From positions 1-43,623 of the forward strand of contig DASPRL010000121.1 in the NCBI GenBank assembly GCA_035624475.1: a stretch of DNA of 43,623 nucleotides, in the 5' to 3' direction. This stretch comes from Terriglobales bacterium. Lineage in GTDB: Bacteria > Acidobacteriota > Terriglobia > Terriglobales > Acidobacteriaceae. The translations under genes and the position numbers were made by a program. This document shows positions 24,972 through 31,550 of the stretch, piece by piece; within the stretch, counting starts at the first letter, position 1, and the number at the start of each line of letters is the position of its first letter. The notes below the pieces were generated by a model. The model was not told the origin of the DNA, did not search any database, and was given only the letters and a program-made list of their open reading frames with translations.

Positions 24972-25571
24972 CTACTTCTTAGGGAGAGCGTTGCTGAGCA
25001 GGTGCGCCTTGCCCGCCAGGTTGTAGGCGCGGAGCAGGTCGCCCTCGGCCAAGGCGGCGCGCGCCTGCGCCAGGTAGCTGCGGATCTCATCGACCGTGGC
25101 CTGCTCCTCGCGGCTGAGGGGCTGCGCCAGGTTCTGCAGGTTGGCCTCCGTGGCCGCCAGCAACTGCACCGTGCTCTGCCGGGTGCGCTCCGCCTCTTCC
25201 GGGGTGAGGCTGGGCGTGAGTTGGCTGCTGGTGGAGGGAGCGCTGCCCTCCGGCACCGTCGTCTTGGCAGGCACGTCCGCGGCCGCTGGAGGAGTTGCCG
25301 GTGCCGGGGCCGCGGGCTTTCGTGCCGGATGATGGTTCTTGGACCGCGGCGGGGTCGCCGGGGTCGGCGGTGGAGTCGCCGGCTTGATCTCCGGATGAGT
25401 GCTGTTGGTGGGGACTGCGGGCGGCGCCGGCGCCGGCTGGGCGAGGGTGGGCGCCTGCGCCTGCGGCGGCACCGCGGATGCCTTCTTCTTGTGGCATCCT
25501 GCCAGCCACAGCACTCCCACCCCTGCCAGCAGCAGGATCCCCGCTCGCGGCCTGGCTCTCAGGATGCTCAT
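24972..25571 (-). CDS. Hypothetical lipoprotein with Pro-rich linker and helical C-terminal domain
   Basis: It has a lipobox (LWLAGC), a ~90-aa Pro/Ala/Thr-rich spacer and a helical C-terminus (EEQATVDEIRSYLAQARAALAEGDLLRAYNLAGKA). Its ATG overlaps the kinase stop (ATGA at 25568-25571). Confidence 0.6.
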   Translation of the reverse strand: MSILRARPRAGILLLAGVGVLWLAGCHKKKASAVPPQAQAPTLAQPAPAPPAVPTNSTHPEIKPATPPPTPATPPRSKNHHPARKPAAPAPATPPAAADVPAKTTVPEGSAPSTSSQLTPSLTPEEAERTRQSTVQLLAATEANLQNLAQPLSREEQATVDEIRSYLAQARAALAEGDLLRAYNLAGKAHLLSNALPKK

Positions 25572-27451
25572 CCGGTGCGCGCCGCCACCTCCTGCGGCGC
25601 CCGTCCTTCCGCTTCCAGGGCAGGGAAGCGCAGGCGGAAGACCGTGCCCTGGCGGGAATAAGACTCGAACTCCACCGAGCCGTTGTGCAACTGCATCACC
25701 CGGTAGGTCATGGCCAGGCCGATGCCGCTGCCCGCCGGCTTGGTGGTGAAGTACAGGTTGAAGACCTTGTCGCGCAGGTCGGGAGGGATGCCCGGGCCCT
25801 GGTCGCAGACGTAGATCTCCAGGCCCGGCCCGACGCGGGTGGCGCCCAGGGTGAGCGCGCCGCCCTGGGGCATGGCCTGCACCCCGTTGAGCACCACGTT
25901 GAGCAGCGCCTGCTTCACCAGGTCGGCATCCACCTTGACGCGCAGGGGCTGGCGGGGCAGCTCGCGCACGATGCGCACGCCCTGGCGCTCGGCGTCGGGA
26001 GCGGCCAGCACTCCCACTTCCTCCACCAGGCGGCGCAGGTCGGTCTCGGCCAGGCGCAGCTCCACCGGGCGGGTGAAGTCCACCAGCGTTTGCACCACGC
26101 GGTCGAGGCGCTGGATCTCCTTGCCGATGACCTCCATGTGGCGGCGGGTGTCGGGGTCGGTCTGCTGCAGCTTCTGCCGCAGCACCTCCAGGTGCAGCAC
26201 GATGGCGTTGATGGGGTTCTTGACCTCGTGGGCCACCCCCGAGGTGAGGCGGCCGATGGCTGAGAGCCGCTGCGAGAGTTCGATCTCGTCCTCGATCCGC
26301 TGCACGGACTCGGCGTCATGCAGGGTGAGCAGCGTCCCGATGCGCTCCCCGCGCTCCTCGATGAAATCCAGCGAGACCTGCGGGCGCCGCCCCTCTTCCG
26401 CCTGCACCTCGTGGCGTACCAGAGGCTGGCGCAGGCTGTAGGCGTCGAGCACCAGGCTGCCCAACGGCGAGTGCTGGGCGAAGATCTCCCAGATCTCCGC
26501 CCCCAGCATCTCTGCCCGCGGCTTACCCAGGAACCGCTCCACCGAGGCGCTCACCAGCACGGCGCGCGCGTCGCGGGTGAACAGCAGGATGCCGTCCTGC
26601 AGGTTGGCCATAATCTGGTCGAGGTTCTCCTTCAAGGTGGAGAAGACCTCGCGGGCGTCGCGGATCTGCCGTCCCAGCAGGTCGATCTTGGTGGTGACCG
26701 CGCCCACTTCGTCGTCGCGCGCAGGCTCGGGCGTGCCCGCCTGCAACTGCCCGGCGCTGGCCAGATCCAGCCGCCGGCTGATGTCCTCCAGCGGCCGCAA
26801 CGCCGCGTTGGAGAGCAGCGCCGCCAGCAGCAGCGAGAGCAGCACCGCCACCCCCGAGAACAGCAGCGCGCTCTTCAGCTTGGGCTGCAGCTGGCTCCTC
26901 AGGAAGACGGTGGAGATGCCCACGCGGATGCTGCCGAAGGGCTCCCCGTTGCGCTTCACCGGCAGCCGGCGCTCGTAGACACGGGGCTTGCCGAAGACCG
27001 CCTCCAGTTGCCGTCGCAGGCTTCCCCGCTCCACCTCCGCGAAATCCTCGCGCTCCGGCAGCACCTTGCCGATCTGGTCGCGATTGGTGTGCAGCAGCAC
27101 CCGCCCGCGCGTGTCGGTGATCATGACGTCGTAGATGGTGGGCGAATAGCCGACGATGGACTGCAGCAGCGTGTTCAGCCCGGGGTCGGTCTGCAGTACT
27201 TCCTCGATGGCGGCGCGCACCTGCTGGGGATCGCGGGTGTCCACGCGGGTGCTGTCCAGATCGGCCTGCAGAGCTTCCTGGGCCGCATCCAGCACCTCGT
27301 TGGCCAGGAAGCCCGCGCCCTGGTAGGTATCGTGCACGTCGTGACGCACGATCTGCGAGACGTAGACGGAGGCCAGCCCGGCCACCAGCACCACCACCAT
27401 CCCGCTGATGGCCAGCACCAGCTTCGTCTTCAGGCGCAGTCGTGGGTGCAT
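25568..27451 (-). CDS. Membrane sensor histidine kinase (TM-periplasmic domain-TM-HAMP-PAS-HisKA-HATPase_c), NtrB/AtoS-like H-box
   Basis: ATG 27451 (MHPRLRLKTKLVLAISGMVVVLVAGLA) is followed by a ~160-aa extracytoplasmic segment, a second TM (ALLFSGVAVLLSLLLAALL) and a PAS-like region. The H-box is GVAHEVKNPINAI, with an N-box (NVVLNGVQAM) and G-boxes (DQGPGI, GSGIGL). The track ORF extending to 28882 is an off-frame run over rtcB. Confidence 0.9.
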   Translation of the reverse strand: MHPRLRLKTKLVLAISGMVVVLVAGLASVYVSQIVRHDVHDTYQGAGFLANEVLDAAQEALQADLDSTRVDTRDPQQVRAAIEEVLQTDPGLNTLLQSIVGYSPTIYDVMITDTRGRVLLHTNRDQIGKVLPEREDFAEVERGSLRRQLEAVFGKPRVYERRLPVKRNGEPFGSIRVGISTVFLRSQLQPKLKSALLFSGVAVLLSLLLAALLSNAALRPLEDISRRLDLASAGQLQAGTPEPARDDEVGAVTTKIDLLGRQIRDAREVFSTLKENLDQIMANLQDGILLFTRDARAVLVSASVERFLGKPRAEMLGAEIWEIFAQHSPLGSLVLDAYSLRQPLVRHEVQAEEGRRPQVSLDFIEERGERIGTLLTLHDAESVQRIEDEIELSQRLSAIGRLTSGVAHEVKNPINAIVLHLEVLRQKLQQTDPDTRRHMEVIGKEIQRLDRVVQTLVDFTRPVELRLAETDLRRLVEEVGVLAAPDAERQGVRIVRELPRQPLRVKVDADLVKQALLNVVLNGVQAMPQGGALTLGATRVGPGLEIYVCDQGPGIPPDLRDKVFNLYFTTKPAGSGIGLAMTYRVMQLHNGSVEFESYSRQGTVFRLRFPALEAEGRAPQEVAARTG

Positions 27452-27471
27452 GCGTGAGATCCGGACCTCTC

Positions 27472-28944
27472 CTAGCCTTTGAGGACTCCGATGGGCTCCA
27501 GGCGCGCCACCTTCTTGCCGATGCCCGCGCGGTGTACCACCTCGACCACCCGGGCCACGTCCTTGTAGGCGACGGGAGCCTCTTCCGCCAGCCCGCTCAG
27601 GGAGCCGGCCCGCACCCCGATGCCGCGCGCCTCCAGCTCCTCGCGCAGGCGCTCCCCGCGCACCTGCTTCTTGGCCCGGGCGCGGCTCATCACCCGGCCC
27701 GCCCCGTGGCAGGTGGAGCCGAAGGTTTGCTCCATCGAGCGCTCCGTCCCCAGCAGGATGTAGGAGGCCGTCCCCATCGAGCCCGGCACCAACACGGGCT
27801 GGCCCAGGTCGCGCAGGGAGTCGGGTAGCACCGGCGAGCCTGGCCCGAAGGCGCGCGTCGCTCCCTTGCGGTGCACGCACACCTTCATGCTCTGGCCGCC
27901 CACCTGGTGCTCTTCCATCTTGGCCATGTTGTGGGCGATATCGTAGACCTGGTGGAGGTCGAAGCTCTCCACCCGCCCGGCCAGCGCCTCTTCCATGGAG
28001 CGCCGGATCTGGAATGTGAGCACCTGGCGATTGGCGAAAGCGAAGTTGGCGGCGCAGGCCATGGCCGCCAGGTAGCGCTCGCCTTCCGGCGAGTCCAGGG
28101 GCGCGCACACCAGTTCGCGGTCGGGCAGCTCGATGCCGTGCTCCCGCACCGTGCCCTGCAGCCGGCTCACGTAATCCTCGCAGACCTGGTGGCCCAGCCC
28201 GCGCGAGCCGCAGTGGATCTGCACCACCACCTGCTCCGGAAACAGCCCCAGGCGCTCGGCGGCCTCGCCGTCGTAGATGGCCGCGATGCGGTCCACCTCG
28301 ATGAAATGGTTGCCCGCACCCAGGGTCCCCACTTGCGGCCGCCCCCGCTCTTTGGCGCGCGGCGAGACCTGCTCCGGGTCGGCGCCCGCCATGCACCCAC
28401 CCTCCTCGGTGCGCTCCAGGTCCTGGGGGCGTGCATAGCCCTGGCGCAGGGCCCAGCGCGCGCCCTCGCGCAAGACCTGGTCGAGATCTTCGTGGCTCAG
28501 CCGGAAGCCGCCACTCACGCCCACCCCGCTGGGACAGTTGCGGTAGAGCACGGTGAGCAGGCCGTCCAGGTGCGGCCGCACCTCTTCGACGGAGAGCGTG
28601 GAGGCCAGCACCCGCACCCCGCAGTTGATGTCGTAGCCCACGCCGCCGGGGGAGATCACGCCCTCGGGGACGCGGGTGGCCACCACCCCTCCGATGGGAA
28701 AGCCATAGCCCTGGTGGATGTCGGGCATGGCGATGGCGTACTTGACGATGCCGGGCAGGGTGGCGGTGTTGACCAGTTGCTCGATGGAGCGGTCGGCCAG
28801 CGCGTCCTCCAGCAGCGACTCGTCGGCGTAGAGGCGCGCCGGCACCCGCATGTCCTCGCGGAATTCGCGCGGCAGCTCCCACACGTTGCGGGCCACCTGC
28901 TGGAAGTCATGCTTGCTCGCGATGGTCTGGGTCTTCTGCATCAC
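27472..28944 (-). CDS. rtcB: RNA-splicing ligase RtcB (3'-phosphate/5'-hydroxyl RNA ligase)
   Basis: Conserved RtcB blocks are present: [54 protein letters not shown] and the guanylyl-histidine context CHGAGR. The start is GTG 28944 or ATG 28941, and both overlap the archease stop. Confidence 0.95.
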   Translation of the reverse strand: MMQKTQTIASKHDFQQVARNVWELPREFREDMRVPARLYADESLLEDALADRSIEQLVNTATLPGIVKYAIAMPDIHQGYGFPIGGVVATRVPEGVISPGGVGYDINCGVRVLASTLSVEEVRPHLDGLLTVLYRNCPSGVGVSGGFRLSHEDLDQVLREGARWALRQGYARPQDLERTEEGGCMAGADPEQVSPRAKERGRPQVGTLGAGNHFIEVDRIAAIYDGEAAERLGLFPEQVVVQIHCGSRGLGHQVCEDYVSRLQGTVREHGIELPDRELVCAPLDSPEGERYLAAMACAANFAFANRQVLTFQIRRSMEEALAGRVESFDLHQVYDIAHNMAKMEEHQVGGQSMKVCVHRKGATRAFGPGSPVLPDSLRDLGQPVLVPGSMGTASYILLGTERSMEQTFGSTCHGAGRVMSRARAKKQVRGERLREELEARGIGVRAGSLSGLAEEAPVAYKDVARVVEVVHRAGIGKKVARLEPIGVLKG

Positions 28945-29342
28945 ACGTCCAGCACCAGGGTGGCCTGCCAGCCCTCCGCCGCCGGTTGCACCCGCAGGTC
29001 GTGGAAGGTGACCGCCTTGATGCGCCGGCGCACTTGCGCCTGGGTTCCGCCGCGCACGCGCGCGCTCAGGCGCGTTGCGGAGAGTTCCTCCATCTCGAAC
29101 TCACTGTACACCTCCCCATGGCGTTCTTGCAGGTAGAGAAGCTCGTTGAGCCAGTTCACCAGCAGGGTCTCGCGATCCACTCCTTCGACCTCGACCCGGC
29201 GTTCCTGCCGCGGGGGCGGCAGGCCGCCGCCCTGGAGCGTGAACATGCCGCGGGCGGCGTTGGCGAACAGTTCGGCGGGATCGCGCCCGTAGGCGCAGAA
29301 GGCCAGGTCGGCCGTGTGCTCGATCTCTTCGAAGGCCTTCAT
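28941..29342 (-). CDS. Archease (RtcB activator/chaperone family)
   Basis: The N-terminal [10 protein letters not shown] motif, the ~133-aa size and the C-terminal KAVTFHDL block fit archease. It lies immediately upstream of, and overlapping, rtcB. Confidence 0.85.
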   Translation of the reverse strand: MKAFEEIEHTADLAFCAYGRDPAELFANAARGMFTLQGGGLPPPRQERRVEVEGVDRETLLVNWLNELLYLQERHGEVYSEFEMEELSATRLSARVRGGTQAQVRRRIKAVTFHDLRVQPAAEGWQATLVLDV

Positions 29343-29348
29343 GACCGG

Positions 29349-30740
29349 CTACTGAGGCGCGTCGACGGCCACCGCGCTGGCGTTGTACTCCTTCAGCTTG
29401 TTGTGCAGCGTCTTCAGGCTGATGCCCAGGATCTCGGCGGCCCGGGTCTTGTTGTTGTTGGTGAACTCCAGCGTCTTCAGGATGAGCAGCCTCTCCGCCT
29501 CGTCCACGGTGGTGCCCACGCCCAGGCGCACCGCGTTGGGCTCTTCCACCGCGGGGCGCGGCAGACCCTGCCCGAAGCCCGGCGGCAGGTGCTTGGGCTC
29601 GATCTCCGGAGACTGGCAGACGATCACCGCCCGCTCCAGGGTGTTGCGCAATTCCCGCACGTTCCCCGGCCAGGAGTAGTCCTGGAACAGCGACATCACC
29701 GCGTCGCTCACCAGGCCCACCTTGCGTCCGTGCTTGCTGTTGACCTCGGCCAGCAGGGCCGGCACCAGTTCGGCCAGGTCCTCTTTGTGCTCGCGCAGCG
29801 GCGGCATGGCGATGTGAAAGACGTTGAGCCGGTAGTAGAGGTCCTGGCGCAGCTCGCCCCGGGCCACCGCCTCTTCCGCCACCTTGTTGGTGGCGGCGAG
29901 CACGCGCACGTCCACCGGGGTCTCCAGCTTGCTGCCCAGGCGCCGCAGCTTGTGGTCCTCGAGCACGCGCAGCAGCTTGGCCTGGGTGGCCACCGGCATC
30001 TCCCCGATTTCGTCCAACAGCAGCGTCCCTTCCTCGGCCAGCTCGAAGCAGCCGGCGCGCCGCTCCAGGGCCCCCGTGAAGGCGCCCTTCTCGTGTCCGA
30101 AGATCTCGCTCTCGATCAGGGTTTCGGGAATGGCGGAGCAGTTGATGGCCACGAACGGCCGCCCCTTGCGCGGGCTCATCTCGTGGATGGTGCGCGCCAC
30201 CAGCTCCTTGCCCGTGCCGCTCTCGCCCGTGATCAGCACCGACGCCGTGGAAGGCGCCACCTGCTCCACCAGCCGGAAGGTCTCCTGCATCTTCTTGGAG
30301 GAGCCCACCAGCGAGCCCAGCACGCCGGTGTCGCGCAGCTTGCGCCGCGTGACTTCCAGCTCCCGCTCCGTGCCGCGCTGGCGCGCCGCATTGTTCAAGA
30401 TGGTGCGCAGCCGGGTCGGGTCGATGGGCTTCTGGATGAAGTCATAGGCGCCGCTCTTCATGGCCTCCACGGCCACGTCGATGGTGCCTTGCGCGGTGAG
30501 CAGGATCACCGCCACGGCCTGCGGCTGGGCGGAGATGCGTTCCAGCAGCTCCAGCCCGTCCATGCGCGGCATCTTCAGATCGGTGATCACGATGCCCGGC
30601 GACCAGCCCGCCACCTTCTCCAGGCCTTCGACGCCGTCCTTCGCGGTTTCGGCGCGATAGCCCCACGCCGACACCAGCTCGGCCAGCCCGCTGCGCTCGT
30701 TCTCCTCGTCCTCCACGATCAGTACTCTTTCCGGTGTCAT
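29349..30740 (-). CDS. Sigma54-dependent response regulator (REC + AAA+ EBP + Fis-type HTH; NtrC family)
   Basis: ATG 30740 follows GAGGGAG. It has a receiver domain (VLIVEDEE..., IVITDLKMPRMDG, LTAQG, KP), Walker A (GESGTGKE), the sigma54-contact GAFTGA loop (EKGAFTGA), Walker B (LLLDEIGE) and a C-terminal HTH (KTRAAEILGISLKTLHNKLKEY). The track start at 30845 is rejected. Confidence 0.9.
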   Translation of the reverse strand: MTPERVLIVEDEENERSGLAELVSAWGYRAETAKDGVEGLEKVAGWSPGIVITDLKMPRMDGLELLERISAQPQAVAVILLTAQGTIDVAVEAMKSGAYDFIQKPIDPTRLRTILNNAARQRGTERELEVTRRKLRDTGVLGSLVGSSKKMQETFRLVEQVAPSTASVLITGESGTGKELVARTIHEMSPRKGRPFVAINCSAIPETLIESEIFGHEKGAFTGALERRAGCFELAEEGTLLLDEIGEMPVATQAKLLRVLEDHKLRRLGSKLETPVDVRVLAATNKVAEEAVARGELRQDLYYRLNVFHIAMPPLREHKEDLAELVPALLAEVNSKHGRKVGLVSDAVMSLFQDYSWPGNVRELRNTLERAVIVCQSPEIEPKHLPPGFGQGLPRPAVEEPNAVRLGVGTTVDEAERLLILKTLEFTNNNKTRAAEILGISLKTLHNKLKEYNASAVAVDAPQ

Positions 30741-30911
30741 GACTCCCTCGCTGCCGCTGCCCCGGGAGGAAACCTCCCAGGTACCTGTGCAATTCTTACA
30801 TGCTTGGCATGCGCCCGTCTCCTCAAAATCAGGACCTACGCTCAAACGGAAATGGTCGTAAGACTTTAGTAATCAACCGCTTCCAGGCGAGCTAGGTGCT
30901 GCCGCAAGCCC

Positions 30912-30928
30912 CTGGGTGCAGCCTTGCA
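30912..30928 (+). promoter_or_regulatory. Candidate sigma54 (-24/-12) promoter, divergent from the EBP operon
   Basis: CTGGGTGCAGCCTTGCA: GG at 30914-30915 and GC at 30926-30927 show the exact 12-nt register of the consensus YTGGCACG-N4-TTGCW. The -12 element TTGCAT is perfect and the -24 element retains TGG. Confidence 0.4.
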
Positions 30929-31317
30929 TCTGTCTCCCGCCAGGCGGTCATAGTGCTTTTTCACCGCCACTCTGCGACCCCGCCGCCACCACGACCATTG
31001 GTGGCGTCGCGGGCGGCGTGGGCCAGACGGTGGGCACCACCACCGGGGTGGCGGGCAATGCGGCGGGGTCCACGGTGGGCGCCACCGCGGGCGCCGCGGG
31101 TAACGTTGCCGGCAACGTCGGTCGTTCCGGCGCTATGGCGGCCACCGACGTCTCCGGGCATCTGCTGGCCTCCAGCAGCGGGGTCGTGGGGCTTCCCGGC
31201 CTGACCCTGCAATCGGCCGCCTCCAGTGCCACCCAGGGGGCGGTAGTGGCCTCGAGCGGCAAGAACGTCCACCTCGACAGTGGTACCCAGATGGTGTTGC
31301 GCGTGGTCAGCCAGTAG
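30916..31317 (+). CDS. Gly/Ala/Thr-rich small protein (glycine-zipper-like), start codon uncertain
   Basis: This is the maximal ORF. GC3 is high from about 30990 onward, but codons are poor before that, so the true start is probably internal (GTG 31018, 31030 or 31048, or ATG 31135). The repetitive G-x-x-x-G stretch (GVAGNAAGSTVGATAGAAGNVAGNVG) is followed by a non-repetitive C-terminus (GKNVHLDSGTQMVLRVVSQ). Confidence 0.4.
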   Translation: MQPCICLPPGGHSAFSPPLCDPAATTTIGGVAGGVGQTVGTTTGVAGNAAGSTVGATAGAAGNVAGNVGRSGAMAATDVSGHLLASSSGVVGLPGLTLQSAASSATQGAVVASSGKNVHLDSGTQMVLRVVSQ

Positions 31318-31335
31318 ATCTAAGTAATTCCCTTG

Positions 31336-31386
31336 CGCTCCGGCCGGCTTAGGGTACAATCTCGGGTCGGCCGGAGCGGCCCTTTT
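31336..31386 (+). terminator. Possible terminator hairpin after the Gly-rich ORF
   Basis: CGCTCCGGCCG (31336-31346) pairs with CGGCCGGAGCG (31368-31378) as an 11-bp stem, followed by GCCCTTTTC. The 21-nt loop is large for an intrinsic terminator. Confidence 0.4.
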
Positions 31387-31550
31387 CAGCCCCCCGGCTG
31401 CCTTTCCCGGCCCCGCATTCCACATCCTTTATCCGTACTGATAGCCCTGGAGGCTGGATGTCACGTGGTGCGCAGGTTTCGGCAGCAAAAGCCTCTGGAC
31501 TTCCCTTGGCCCGTGCTGGAGAATGGGCCGCCACATCCCAGGAGGACAGA

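Noticed and set aside
25568-28882. Track ORF of 1104 aa suggesting a giant kinase fused over the rtcB region
   Set aside because: Upstream of Met at 27451 the translation is Arg/Gly/Pro/Ala junk and lies off-frame over the well-conserved rtcB. The kinase starts at MHPRLRLKTK with a TM helix.
30781-30830. Sigma54 promoter for the EBP-RtcB operon itself on the minus strand
   Set aside because: Reading the minus strand (..ATGCCAAGCATGTAAGAATTGCACAGG..) gives a TTGCA, but there is no GG 12 nt upstream. The plus-strand TGGCAT at 30805 lacks a -12 TTGC. No acceptable -24/-12 pair was found.
27871-30869. Plus-strand ORFs 27871-29136 and 28986-30869 opposite rtcB, archease and the EBP
   Set aside because: These are antisense artefacts with His/Gly/Arg/Ala-rich, domain-free translations. 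The minus-strand genes have strong family signatures.
31496-31510. Sigma54-like TGGACT-N5-TGGC before the OmpA-like gene, and similar GG-N10-GC matches at 21870-21883 and 2930-2943
   Set aside because: The GG/GC spacing is correct, but the flanking consensus positions (T of TGG, TT of TTGC, CAC) are mostly mismatched. These are weak hits expected by chance.
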